A stretch of 64,000 nt of DNA from Candidatus Obscuribacteraceae bacterium (GCA_044226015.1 JBGAHS010000001.1:1280001-1344000), one strand, 5' to 3'. Positions 8,818 to 19,070 are shown, numbered from the stretch's first letter. Made by a program: numbers and translations. Notes: generated by a model not told the origin, from the letters alone.

Positions 8818-9278
8818 ATTTGTCCGTCGTGAATAATCTCGATGCCCTTTATCCAATCATGTTTTCCTATAATTAGGACGCGCCTAAAGCCCAGCCTTTT
8901 CAGAAAATCAAGAATGCTTTCTTGATTCTGATTAAATAACTCCAGGGCAAAATTTACTTCGACAACAATGATGTTTCTCGAAGAAGAATTGTTTTCTATC
9001 AATTCAAGAATTTGCTGTCTGCGATAACAATTTACACTGTTGCCATTTTTCATAGGTCCTAGAGGGGTGCTGTTACCTAGTAATTCCCTATAGCAATCAA
9101 TTCCAAAAAAGCTAAAGCGGCGGTCTGCTACCGCTTGAACTCTAACCACCTCTTTTATTGATTTTTTGTCTTTGTGATAACCAACAGTAATTAAACTCTC
9201 TGGGCGAGAGGCAATTGCACTGTTTGGAAAAATAAATTGAGATATACAGTAGAACAATAAAATTACAAGCAATTTCAT
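8814..9278 (-). CDS. Exported hypothetical protein convergent on Rhs module 3; candidate immunity/partner
   Basis: Signal-peptide-like MKLLVILLFYCISQFIFPNSAIA; AT-rich; 4-bp overlap with the toxin stop. Confidence 0.6.
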   Translation of the reverse strand: MKLLVILLFYCISQFIFPNSAIASRPESLITVGYHKDKKSIKEVVRVQAVADRRFSFFGIDCYRELLGNSTPLGPMKNGNSVNCYRRQQILELIENNSSSRNIIVVEVNFALELFNQNQESILDFLKRLGFRRVLIIGKHDWIKGIEIIHDGQI

Positions 9279-9764
9279 TATTGAAAATTCCTACCAATTA
9301 CACTAATCCTCAACCAAAGAGCTCTGTCTGGTTCCACTAAATTTGGTCTCCTTATATTATAGAACCGAACCATCCTGTGTCCGTAAAATAGTGACGTATA
9401 TGATGGCAAAAACGAAAAACTTGGCTTGCTGAAGTTGGCTTGATTTGGTTTGTTGAAAGCGAATCTCCCTCTGTGCCAATAAAACTTGAGATACTTACCA
9501 CACAGAATTTTGAGTAGCGAAAAACTTGAAGAAGCACTTTAAATTGATTGAGGAAGAGAATTGTTCTTTGAATAACTATTCAAACCTAGCCGAACTGGTC
9601 AAGAACTTCTGTGAGTTGCTTTGTTCTCTCCATGATCCCTAAATAAAATTCGAAAATGGCGGTGCCACCGGAAGGCGTTGAGATGCTCAGCATGAGTTCT
9701 CTTTCCAGTTTTTTTTCAACCGTAAAAGGAATGTTCTTGAGCCACTGCCTTAGGAGGACATATT

Positions 9765-12700
9765 CTAGTCGAGTGAGTTTATCCAGAAATCGCGACCCCA
9801 GAGGCGCGTCATTTTAGCGTCTTTGCCTTCAAGGTCCTGAATGTATTTTTCGGATCGAAGCAGTTGCTTCTCATCACCCAGCACCATGTAAAAGCCGTTC
9901 TTTAGCTGTGAAGATTTTGTGCCGAGCCCAGGTAGAATTTTTCCGTACTCGATGGGCAAAGCTTCTTGCAATTGATTCAGGATGTCCGATTTCTTGCGCA
10001 AGTCGAGCAGCGACTGGCGGAATTTTCGAATAATCTCAGGCGTGATTCCATCAGCTATGTCATCAGACATCTTCTCGGCTCGCGTTTCGAATGACATGCA
10101 CGCTCGTGATCTCATGTTCTGTGAAATCGCAGTGTCTAGAAGTTTTCTGCTTATCTTTGCCTTCTTAACCTCATTTGCTGTGAACTTATAGAGGTCTGGA
10201 ACTGAAGGTATTTTGTCTGCGTGATACATTATGTTCTTTGCTGGTGACCATAGAGAACCATTGCTGTAGGCTAATCCTGCTGCCCATGTTCTGTTGAATA
10301 GACTTTCCGAACCGCTTCCACTTAGAGTGTTGATTGCCAGTCCATTCACCAGCGATTGTTCTCTGACATCTTCATAAGATGTGGTATCCGCGCAGTTCGC
10401 AACCATTCCTTGTTGCAGATTTGGGTAAACGAAGCCCACGAGTGTCGAGGAGCCTGCGAAGCCAGATCGCTCTTTTACTCGCTGTAGGATCAGGTCTTCC
10501 TTTGCATAGTTTTGTTTGGTGAAGGCATTAGAATTCAGGTGAAATACAAGATTGTCGATATCCTCTTTTAATGCGTCTTGTGTTTGATGTGAACCCACTA
10601 CCGAGAGTCGCGCTCCACTTCGGCAGAGAAGCAGCTGTCTCAATTCATGCAGTTTTCTCAAGGTGTCATCAGGATTTGCCTGCAAGTCTGCGCTCAGCTC
10701 TGCACAAAGAGTTTTTACGTCTTTAGTCAATGCTTCATCTGGAACATCATCAAGATCCATCATGAGGTCAAAGGCGGCGTCGCTGACGATATTTCTTGTT
10801 TGATTGTCTAGTGCGTCGAAAGCTTTTGCGAGCCGCTCGATTTTCTCGGGTTGACTCGCCTTATGTTCAATCTTCTTGTTGCTCAGGTCTGACACAATAG
10901 ATTTGATTTCTGCTCTGCTTAGGTCGTTGCAACTCTCGCCTAGCTGATTCATGAAATTTGAGAACGCTTCTTTTATCGATTTTGGTGCATAGCTCTTCAG
11001 TCGCCACTTCACGCGTTGAATGTTATGTGCGCAGGTCAGGAAGCATCTCGTGTTTAGATTTAGTGCTTGCTGATATCGATATGCTGCAGACACACCATAT
11101 TCCCAGCTGTTTTCGTGAGAACTGTTTCGGACTGCTCGGTAGCTTGAAACTTCTTGCTCTAACAAGTCTTGTATTCTGGCAAGATTTTTTGAACTCCAGT
11201 TTGGCTGATGCAGTAAGCGCTCGATCCACTTAACTGCGCTTTTCGATTCTTCAGCCGTTGTACCGCCAGCATTGAGCTTGAGCTCGTACCTGTTATCGTA
11301 GGGGTTGGTGTCGAGGTATGCACTCAAATAATAAATTTCATTCTTTCGAAGCTGCTCCGCCTCGTCTGCCGTATATGCGCGGTCGCCATCGATGAACCCT
11401 GTTTTCGTTAGCAAAGCTGGTAGCAGTGCTACATAGATGAGGTCTTCTTCTGGAATGGAGTCGAGCCTGAGCGCTAAAACCGTTGACCCCGAATTTACAT
11501 TGTCGAAGTACGAGCGCACAATTGGCACAGAATCTAATATGCGGTCGTTAGTAAATTTGAGTTGATCGTCTTTGCTTAACGGCGGCGCATCGACCAGTTT
11601 GATGTCGTCTGAATTTATTTGCGAACTGTCAAGGTCTTTTGTGACTCTGTCATAGTCGTCTTTGTACCGAGTCAGCGCGAGCTGCTCGTCCTCAGTTTTA
11701 TAGACTTGCATGAGGCGTTTGGTCTCGACTGCAATTCTCTCTTTGGTTTCACGTTCGATTTGAGGCGCTGCAGATGAGTCTGGCACCGTGCCGAACACGC
11801 AAGGGTTTGTGGAAAGTAGACCCCATTTCGAGAGGTAGTCTGTCCAAATGTTCTTGTCTAATTTTAGCTCTGCAGCAATGTCTGAAAATTCTTGCTTGGA
11901 AGTCAGATTGCGTTTAAAGCCACCACGTCTTTCCAGATCGATGAATTCATTCATGAGAGTCGCACTTATGTTGCGCTCACCGAAAGGCGGCGGAGTATTT
12001 ACCATTTTTCGGTAATATCGTTGATTCTCAATGAGGCTTGCTTTTACTCTATTGTTGAATGCAAGCAATTCTGCATCGCTCGGTTTCCAATTTGCTATTT
12101 TCAGGAACTCATCCTTAATCACATTTCTGTAGCGACTGAGATCTTCCCGGTTCATATGATATTGATCAATGTCGTAAATCGAAATGTAAATCGGGTTTCC
12201 AATTAGCGCATCGGTCCAGCCTCCACACCCGGTAGCGCCACTATTGACTCTTGCAGTTTTACTATCGACGAACATTTTGTAGAGAGGCGAGCCAGGACCA
12301 GACGCAAAAGCCGAGAGAAAGAGGTCGAGTAAGATGGCTTCTTTCTCGCTGAGATTCAACGTAGAGGGCCAGACAAATTCGATAAGTCCTGATTGTCTGT
12401 CATTCTTTTCGGGCCATTTGATGAATTCGATGTCGCCGTCTTTCCAGGTTTTTGCTGGCGGGAAGACTGGTATATCGTTGTTTGCATCCTTAGCTTGCAA
12501 GGCAAGATTGCTGCCCTTTTCCTGGTTCAGGCTGAGCAAAGATTTGTTTAGCTGAGAGAGGCATTCTGCCAGAGAAAGCTCTGATGGAACAGCTTCAATC
12601 ATTCCCATATTGCTGAGAAGGTAATGACTTTTATGAAAGGCTCTTATTTGTTCTACGCTAAGCTGCCTGATTCCTTCAGGAGAGCCTCCGGCAACCGCCG

Positions 12701-13658
12701 AAAGTGGGTGATTTGGACCGTATAGCACTTCTGTCATTCGTTCCCAGAGCACATTCATTTGCCGCTGAGAGGTGCTCATCATTTCGTTGTAAACCGTGCC
12801 GCCCTCTTCCAGTGACAGTTTTCCACTGCTGTCTTTTCTTACCTGGAAATTTCGGACTTCGCGACGAATCTCCTCGTCTTGATAGTCGGGGTTCAAGAGC
12901 AGATCCAAATATTCGTGCACTGTATTGTGGAAGGTACTCGGCTTTGCAGATGTGTTGAAGTGATAGTAAGTTCGCCACTGGTCAGTCGCTGCGCTTTCCC
13001 TGACCAGCATGAGGTCTGATTGGCTGCCATGTCGCCGCGCCTTATTTCCTTTTCCGAGCAATAGATGTTCTTGCGTGTGAGGTGCGCCACTCTTATCGGT
13101 GACGATTGTATTCACCCAGAAGAAAGCCTGTGGCGCTGTTTCGATGCGCAAAAAGTCCAGAGTAAAGCCAGTTTTGATGTGTCGAAATCGAGCACCGACA
13201 ACCTTTTCGGAGTCGTTCAAATAAACGGCTCGGGGTTGGAATCCGTTGAGGACTTGATTCTCTTGCAAATTTTGCAGCGTTTTATCATCGTCAGCTGTGT
13301 CTGACAATTCCGTTTTTGACGCACTTTCTTTTGCAGACTTTATCGCTTTCTTGTAACGGTGTTTGTAAGACTCCGCAACTCGCTGTTCCTTTGAATTGCC
13401 AGCACCTGTGTTGTTTTCATCCAGCGGTACAAATGTATCGCGTTTCGTTTCTGAGGCGATTACCTCGTGTTCAGCAGCGCTTTGTCCCCGGATTTGCGCT
13501 TCCTCTAGTTGAGCTGATGCGTCTTGTGCATATGTAGCTAGTTGGAGGCTCTGGCTTAAAAGCAGAGCGCTGTAAAACACCGAAAGTGCTTTTCGTTTTT
13601 GTCTTTCAATCACTATCACAACTCGCAGCTCGGTGGATCTAGTGCAGCAATCCAGCAA
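9765..13658 (-). CDS. M16 (insulinase/PreP-like) zinc metallopeptidase, probably exported; true start likely near 13613-13619
   Basis: Inverted zinc motif HTQEH, EIRRE and GTVYNEM; hydrophobic N-terminal segment. Confidence 0.85.
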   Translation of the reverse strand: MLDCCTRSTELRVVIVIERQKRKALSVFYSALLLSQSLQLATYAQDASAQLEEAQIRGQSAAEHEVIASETKRDTFVPLDENNTGAGNSKEQRVAESYKHRYKKAIKSAKESASKTELSDTADDDKTLQNLQENQVLNGFQPRAVYLNDSEKVVGARFRHIKTGFTLDFLRIETAPQAFFWVNTIVTDKSGAPHTQEHLLLGKGNKARRHGSQSDLMLVRESAATDQWRTYYHFNTSAKPSTFHNTVHEYLDLLLNPDYQDEEIRREVRNFQVRKDSSGKLSLEEGGTVYNEMMSTSQRQMNVLWERMTEVLYGPNHPLSAVAGGSPEGIRQLSVEQIRAFHKSHYLLSNMGMIEAVPSELSLAECLSQLNKSLLSLNQEKGSNLALQAKDANNDIPVFPPAKTWKDGDIEFIKWPEKNDRQSGLIEFVWPSTLNLSEKEAILLDLFLSAFASGPGSPLYKMFVDSKTARVNSGATGCGGWTDALIGNPIYISIYDIDQYHMNREDLSRYRNVIKDEFLKIANWKPSDAELLAFNNRVKASLIENQRYYRKMVNTPPPFGERNISATLMNEFIDLERRGGFKRNLTSKQEFSDIAAELKLDKNIWTDYLSKWGLLSTNPCVFGTVPDSSAAPQIERETKERIAVETKRLMQVYKTEDEQLALTRYKDDYDRVTKDLDSSQINSDDIKLVDAPPLSKDDQLKFTNDRILDSVPIVRSYFDNVNSGSTVLALRLDSIPEEDLIYVALLPALLTKTGFIDGDRAYTADEAEQLRKNEIYYLSAYLDTNPYDNRYELKLNAGGTTAEESKSAVKWIERLLHQPNWSSKNLARIQDLLEQEVSSYRAVRNSSHENSWEYGVSAAYRYQQALNLNTRCFLTCAHNIQRVKWRLKSYAPKSIKEAFSNFMNQLGESCNDLSRAEIKSIVSDLSNKKIEHKASQPEKIERLAKAFDALDNQTRNIVSDAAFDLMMDLDDVPDEALTKDVKTLCAELSADLQANPDDTLRKLHELRQLLLCRSGARLSVVGSHQTQDALKEDIDNLVFHLNSNAFTKQNYAKEDLILQRVKERSGFAGSSTLVGFVYPNLQQGMVANCADTTSYEDVREQSLVNGLAINTLSGSGSESLFNRTWAAGLAYSNGSLWSPAKNIMYHADKIPSVPDLYKFTANEVKKAKISRKLLDTAISQNMRSRACMSFETRAEKMSDDIADGITPEIIRKFRQSLLDLRKKSDILNQLQEALPIEYGKILPGLGTKSSQLKNGFYMVLGDEKQLLRSEKYIQDLEGKDAKMTRLWGRDFWINSLD

Positions 13659-14952
13659 TTGCTGCAGAGAGATAGCTGGCCATCGTGCCGCAGATGAGAG
13701 CCTTTACTCCCAATCGAGCCAGGTCGGCTCTTCTTGATGGTGCGATCTCCCCAATGCCACCAACCTGAATTGCAATAGAGCTGAGGTTAGCAAATCCACA
13801 AAGAGCAAAAGTCGCAATTGCTTCGGCTTGTGGACTCAATTTCGCTACACCGGTAGTTGCGGCATCTTTTATCATGGCTGAAAGGTCAGTGTAAGCAACA
13901 AATTCATTGAGCACAATCTTCTGACCCATTAGCTTTCCTACTATTGGTGCATCAGCCCATGGTACCCCGAGCATCCAGGCTATTGGTGCGAAGGCCAGAC
14001 CGAAAACGTCGAAAAGTTTCAAGTTGTCTAGATGTATTCCGATTGAAGTAAGATTTAACCCGGCTTTGAAAAGTAGTAAACCGAAAAAGCCCAGTACTTT
14101 GTCCGTTAGTGCAATTAACGCAATAAATGCAATTAGCATGGCCACTACGTTTAAGCCAATGCGTAATCCATCTGACGCACCATGGGCGGCGGCATCAATT
14201 AGATTTGCATTTGTCTTTTCTACGTGTACCTGAACTTTTCCTTTTGTCTGAGACTCTTCTGTTTCAGGATAAACAATTTTCGAAATGACGAGAGCGCCGG
14301 GCGCCGCCATGATACTCGCTGTGAGGAGGTAGGAAGCTTGAATGCCCATTCCTATGTATACTGCCAACACACCACCTGCAACACAAGCCATAGAGCCGGC
14401 CATGGATGCAAGCAATTCCGATTTTGTCATGGAAGGTACATAGGGTTTGATCAGTAGTTGAGCTTCTACCTGACCCACGAAAACTGATGCGGCGTTTGAG
14501 AGCGCTTCTGCTCCGCTGGCTCCCATAATAAAAGCGACGACCTTAGCAACAATTTGCACGACCTTCTGCATCAAGCCGAGATAGTAAGAGATGCTCACCA
14601 GGCTTGATACAAAGATGATTGTTGGAACGACGCGGAAAGCAAAGATGTAGTTGGCTCCGGGTCCGAAGAGTTCGACCAGTTTGTCTGGTTTTGTCACCAG
14701 AGGTCCAAAGACGAATCCTGCACCCTCATCAGAGAAGTGCAAAAGTTGCGTGATGAAGTCACCGACGTTTCTGAAAATTTCCTGCCCAATTGGTATTTTC
14801 AAAACGAAAATCGCAAGGCAAAGTTGAAGAACTATGCCACTTCCTACAAGGCGTAGATTGATAGCTTTGCGATTGTTCGACATCAAAAACGCAAGACCAA
14901 AAATCGCTGCAATACCGAGTAAACCGACGAGCCTTGACGGTTCGAAGTGCAT
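13639..14952 (-). CDS. nupC: CNT/NupC-family nucleoside transporter
   Basis: FAFRVVPTIIFVSSL, FVGQVEA, LNEFVAY, CGFANLSSIAIQVGG. Confidence 0.92.
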   Translation of the reverse strand: MHFEPSRLVGLLGIAAIFGLAFLMSNNRKAINLRLVGSGIVLQLCLAIFVLKIPIGQEIFRNVGDFITQLLHFSDEGAGFVFGPLVTKPDKLVELFGPGANYIFAFRVVPTIIFVSSLVSISYYLGLMQKVVQIVAKVVAFIMGASGAEALSNAASVFVGQVEAQLLIKPYVPSMTKSELLASMAGSMACVAGGVLAVYIGMGIQASYLLTASIMAAPGALVISKIVYPETEESQTKGKVQVHVEKTNANLIDAAAHGASDGLRIGLNVVAMLIAFIALIALTDKVLGFFGLLLFKAGLNLTSIGIHLDNLKLFDVFGLAFAPIAWMLGVPWADAPIVGKLMGQKIVLNEFVAYTDLSAMIKDAATTGVAKLSPQAEAIATFALCGFANLSSIAIQVGGIGEIAPSRRADLARLGVKALICGTMASYLSAAIAGLLH

Positions 14953-15052
14953 TAGCTATCTCCTTTTGGGTGACGGTCAAAAAATAAATAAGCAAGCCCA
15001 GGACAGTATTTGTCGTTGCTCTGGAAATGAATTTCTAAATTGCTGGCAATCA

Positions 15053-17200
15053 TTATTGACCCGGTGGAGGTGCCGATTGGGGTTGGGTCTGTTGCATCAT
15101 ATTCGGTGCAGCCGGAGGTGCACCAGGTTCGGGGGCTCCCTGAAAATCAGGTGCTGGCTGCGGAACCGGAGTGGCTCCTGGGCTTGCTTCTGGATTCTCT
15201 TCGCCGCTGTTTGGCTGCAATGGTACAAGTTTTGGAATGCCCGGACCGAGTGTGTCAGGGGTGTCACCACTCTTTTCGCCATCAGCGCTTCGGACTGCTC
15301 TGGGCGTCGGGTCCATGAAGGTGCCAGCAGGCGTTGGGTGCGATTTGTAATAAGCTTCCATGAACTGGCGCCAGATTTTCGCCATTACAGTCCCGCCAGT
15401 CACGTTGTGACCCGGTATGGGTTCGTTCTCGTCGTTTCCTCCCCAGACTACAGTTACTGTGTCTGGTGTGAAGCCCGAGAACCAAATGTCTTTTCCAGCA
15501 TCAGCAGTTCCTGTTTTACCTGCTACTGCGCGGTCAGCTAGCTTGGCTTGTGTCGCGGTTCCTACTCTTACGACGTCCTGGAGAATGCTGACCAATTCGG
15601 CTACAGCCTCTGACTCAAACGCCTTGTCGTAGCGTGATTCGAATGATTCGATTACTTGTCCTCTGGTATTCTCAATTTTTCGAATGACCTGAGGATGCAC
15701 CGCGATGCCACCACGAGCAAACGTTGAATAGGCGCCCGCTAGTTCAAGAGGTGAGACCGCTGAGCTGCCCAGAGCAAGCGAAAGATTCGGGTCGAGTTTG
15801 GAAGTTATGCCCGCCAATCTTGCTGTTTCAATTACGCTCTGTATGCCTACCGCCTGAGCGATTTTCACTGATGGAACGTTGCGCGATAGAGTTAGTGCTC
15901 GTCTTAGAGTGATTCTTCCCATAAATCTATGGTCGAAATTTTTCGGCTGCCAGAGTGGAAGTCCCCAGCCCTGTTTGATTGAGAATGGTGAGTCGTCGAT
16001 TGTGCTATCAGGCGTAAACATTCTCTTCTGGAATGCAGTTAAATACACAAACGGTTTGAAGCATGAGCCAGCTGTGTGTGGATTGGTCGCACGGTTCCAC
16101 TGGTTTTTCCAGTAGTTGCCGACACCACCTACGATGGCAACTACTGCGCAATCTTTGACTTGAATGCAGACTAACGCACCTTGCGTCACACCTTTGGGTG
16201 CCTTTGAGATGCCTTCGTTGAGCATCTTTTCGCCGAGTTCTTGAATGCCCGGGTCCAGGTTTGTGAAGACCCTCAAGCCCTGCTTTCTCAGTTCTGCCTG
16301 GCTAAATCTGCCTCTAAGCTGATCAAGAACATAACTTACATAATAAGGATACTTTTGCAGCGGATTGACGCCCTTCTTGAAAGCAAGCTTTTCTTTCATT
16401 GCGGCGTCAGCTTGTCCCTTTGTTATGTAGCCGTAGTCCACCATCTTGTTGATGATTTCATGCTGACGGTCGATCGCTGCCTTTCTGTTCTGTGGGTCTG
16501 CCAGCACCGATGGTGCCTGCACCAGACCTGCAAGATATGCTGATTGCGCCAGCGTGAGAGCGGCTGCCGAGCGATCAAAATAGCGAACTGCAGCGCGTTC
16601 GATGCCGTAGGCGCCGTTCCCGAAATAGACCTGGTTGAGGTACATTTCAAGGATTTTGTCTTTTGAATAGCGTTGCTCGATTTCAGCTGAAATGAATACT
16701 TCTTTGACTTTACGTCCCATTAGACGGCTTGTTTTCTCTTCATCGAAGAAGAGATTTTTCACAAGCTGCATGGTGATGGTTGAGCCACCTTCAACAACGT
16801 GCCCTGCTTGCATATTGACTAAAAATGCGCGCGCAAAACTCGTTGGGTTGAAGCCATGGTGCTCATAAAAATGGTGGTCTTCTGCAGCCAGCATTGCTTG
16901 CTGCATTTGTGGCGCCACCTGCGTAAGTGAAACTACTCTTCTGTCTTCGTCACCTTCTACGGTGCAGACAAGTTTGTCGTTGCGGTCGAAGACCTGAATT
17001 GCTTCAATCGGTTCATAACGTTCCAATATTGAAATATCAGGCAGGTCTTTGAGCTGTTGATAGACCATTGCGGCGCCGTAGCCTCCGCCCACCATGATCA
17101 CAAAGAAGAGCAGCAGCATCATTGTCTTTACGAAACGCCAGAAAGGACTCCGTTTTTTCGGAGTCCTCGTAACACGTTCTGGTTTGGTTCTTCTTGCCAC
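15053..17200 (-). CDS. Class A penicillin-binding protein (PBP1A family)
   Basis: TM anchor; GT51 motifs EDHHFYEHHG, GGSTITMQL, LEMYLN; transpeptidase motifs SCFK, SRN, KTG. Confidence 0.95.
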   Translation of the reverse strand: MARRTKPERVTRTPKKRSPFWRFVKTMMLLLFFVIMVGGGYGAAMVYQQLKDLPDISILERYEPIEAIQVFDRNDKLVCTVEGDEDRRVVSLTQVAPQMQQAMLAAEDHHFYEHHGFNPTSFARAFLVNMQAGHVVEGGSTITMQLVKNLFFDEEKTSRLMGRKVKEVFISAEIEQRYSKDKILEMYLNQVYFGNGAYGIERAAVRYFDRSAAALTLAQSAYLAGLVQAPSVLADPQNRKAAIDRQHEIINKMVDYGYITKGQADAAMKEKLAFKKGVNPLQKYPYYVSYVLDQLRGRFSQAELRKQGLRVFTNLDPGIQELGEKMLNEGISKAPKGVTQGALVCIQVKDCAVVAIVGGVGNYWKNQWNRATNPHTAGSCFKPFVYLTAFQKRMFTPDSTIDDSPFSIKQGWGLPLWQPKNFDHRFMGRITLRRALTLSRNVPSVKIAQAVGIQSVIETARLAGITSKLDPNLSLALGSSAVSPLELAGAYSTFARGGIAVHPQVIRKIENTRGQVIESFESRYDKAFESEAVAELVSILQDVVRVGTATQAKLADRAVAGKTGTADAGKDIWFSGFTPDTVTVVWGGNDENEPIPGHNVTGGTVMAKIWRQFMEAYYKSHPTPAGTFMDPTPRAVRSADGEKSGDTPDTLGPGIPKLVPLQPNSGEENPEASPGATPVPQPAPDFQGAPEPGAPPAAPNMMQQTQPQSAPPPGQ

Positions 17201-17302
17201 GTCTCTGCTCTTTTAAGTGCGCAACTGACCTGAGGTCGAATTCATAAATGAACTGTTGGTACTTATAATATCTTGACGAGGCTCATTATATCCTAAGCGG
17301 CA

Positions 17303-18274
17303 TTAAGCACGCGGATGGCTAGAGAGGTAGATTCTCCGCAATCTTTCCAGGCTTACATGAGTGTAAATCTGTGTTGTGCTTATGCTTGAGTGACCTAGAA
17401 GGTCTTGCACTACTCTTAAGTCGGCTCCGCCTTCAAGTAAATGAGTTGCGAAACTGTGTCTCAAGGTGTGCGGCGTGATTAGCTTTGTCAGTCCAGCAAG
17501 ACGAGCATACTTCAACACGATGCGGTGAACCGAGCGAGTTGAGAGTGGTGTCGCCTGACGGCTAACGAAAAGCGGTTCTTCTGGTGCCGGGTTTGGTGCA
17601 TCGGGAGCAATGCTGGTTTTCTCTGCCAGAGCTCTTGCGTCCAGATAGCGTTTAAGGCAATCTGTAGCACCCTGATTGAGAAGCACAACGCGCTCTCTGG
17701 AACCCTTGCCCAGAACTCGCATTTCCATGCTTTCCAGGTTGAGGTCACCAACGCGAGCCGCACTGAGTTCGCTTACACGCATGCCAGTGGCATACAGCGT
17801 TTCCAGAATTGCTCGGTCACGCAGACGGCTGAGTGATTCCGCTGTTTCGTCGCCTTGCGGTATTTGTGTCGCATCGAAAAGCTTTTGGATTTCGTCGCGA
17901 TCAAGACAGGAAGGCAATCTTCTAGATAATTTTGGTCCACGAACAAGCTTCGAAGGATCTTCTTCGATGAGCTGCTCGCGGCGCAAGTATCTGCAAAAGC
18001 TACGTATCGCAGATACCTTTCGCACAACAGTTTGTCGGCTGTAGCGATCTTGAATAGATTGAATATAGTCCTTGAGCTTCTCGGCCTCCAGAGTACCAGG
18101 GGTTTTGATTCCCTCGTTGCTGGGTGGTCCGGGAAGTTCTCCTTCAATCAGTTGCTTTAGGTCGTTTACATACGCCCGAATCGTGTTTGCGGAATAATTC
18201 CGCTCGAATTCAAGATATTGGGCGAATTGGTCGAGCCATTGCTGGGGAATTTGTTGAACCTGGGGAGTGTCCAA
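17303..18274 (-). CDS. xerC: XerC/XerD tyrosine recombinase
   Basis: SAM-like N-terminal domain; GMRVSE, GKGSRER, HTLRHSFATHLLEGGADLRVVQDLLGH, TTQIYTHV. XerC vs XerD cannot be resolved by eye. Confidence 0.88.
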   Translation of the reverse strand: MDTPQVQQIPQQWLDQFAQYLEFERNYSANTIRAYVNDLKQLIEGELPGPPSNEGIKTPGTLEAEKLKDYIQSIQDRYSRQTVVRKVSAIRSFCRYLRREQLIEEDPSKLVRGPKLSRRLPSCLDRDEIQKLFDATQIPQGDETAESLSRLRDRAILETLYATGMRVSELSAARVGDLNLESMEMRVLGKGSRERVVLLNQGATDCLKRYLDARALAEKTSIAPDAPNPAPEEPLFVSRQATPLSTRSVHRIVLKYARLAGLTKLITPHTLRHSFATHLLEGGADLRVVQDLLGHSSISTTQIYTHVSLERLRRIYLSSHPRA

Positions 18275-18442
18275 GAGATGACGCTTTCTAGGCCTTTTCG
18301 GCGTGTCGAGTCAAGATCATTATAAAGTGCTTAAATGCTTTGTAAAGTAGAATTCGCAAGAAAGTTTCTGATATTCGAATGATTATCACCCCTTGGCATT
18401 GGGAATATTAAGGGTGGCAGTGCTTATGGGGATTCCGTCAAA

Positions 18443-18865
18443 ATGGTTACGGAGCAAGAAAGAGAAGAGCTGGGACGCTTAACAAATCAAAAGATGAAGG
18501 CGTACTCGCATCAGCAGCCTGAAGAGCTGCATGGCAACCCTGGGCGAATGACAATTCAAAATATTGAGAGTCTGAAGCATTCTCAGAAAAAGCGAGATAC
18601 GCAAGAAGCAAAGGTGAAGTTGCTTTTGGATCGAATGATGCTTTCGGTCACTACAAGCATTTCTTCGCTGTTTTCTTTGCCTGGAACCCGCGGCAAAGAA
18701 AATCGGTGTGAAGTCTATGGTCACAACCTTCCCTTGGGATCGAAGTGGTCAGGACCCTATCCGAAATGCCACGACTGTGGCGTCAAAATTACGGATTCAT
18801 CGCAGTTGCGAGGTTCTTTGCCCAAAGCAGAGCGGGAGCGATTCCGCGGTTACAGCGAAAAGTAG
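18443..18865 (+). CDS. Hypothetical protein with a possible C/H zinc-ribbon
   Basis: 140 aa; CEVYGH...CHDC. Confidence 0.6.
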   Translation: MVTEQEREELGRLTNQKMKAYSHQQPEELHGNPGRMTIQNIESLKHSQKKRDTQEAKVKLLLDRMMLSVTTSISSLFSLPGTRGKENRCEVYGHNLPLGSKWSGPYPKCHDCGVKITDSSQLRGSLPKAERERFRGYSEK

Positions 18866-18880
18866 GAACCGAATCAGGTG

Positions 18881-19070
18881 AAAGCCGTAGCTGCTAAAAA
18901 CCGTAGGTGGCAACCTGTAGCTGACAAAAGCCGTAGCTGACAAAAACCGTAGCTGACAAAAACCGTGACTTGTTAAAACCGTTTCTGATAAAAACCGTGA
19001 CTTGTTATAACCGTAGCTGGCAAAAAATGGAGCTGACAAAAACCGTAACTTGTTAAAACCGTATCTGGTG
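18881..19070. repeat. Degenerate 16-bp tandem repeat, 12 units (consensus AAAACCGTAGCTGACA; variant AAAACCGTRACTTGTT)
   Basis: Units start at 18881, 18897, 18913 (14 bp), 18927, 18943, 18959, 18975, 18991, 19007, 19023, 19039, 19055. Confidence 0.92.

Noticed and set aside
18881..19070. CRISPR array or coding repeat (ORF 18797-19039)
   Set aside because: Contiguous 16-bp units with no spacers; period is not a multiple of 3
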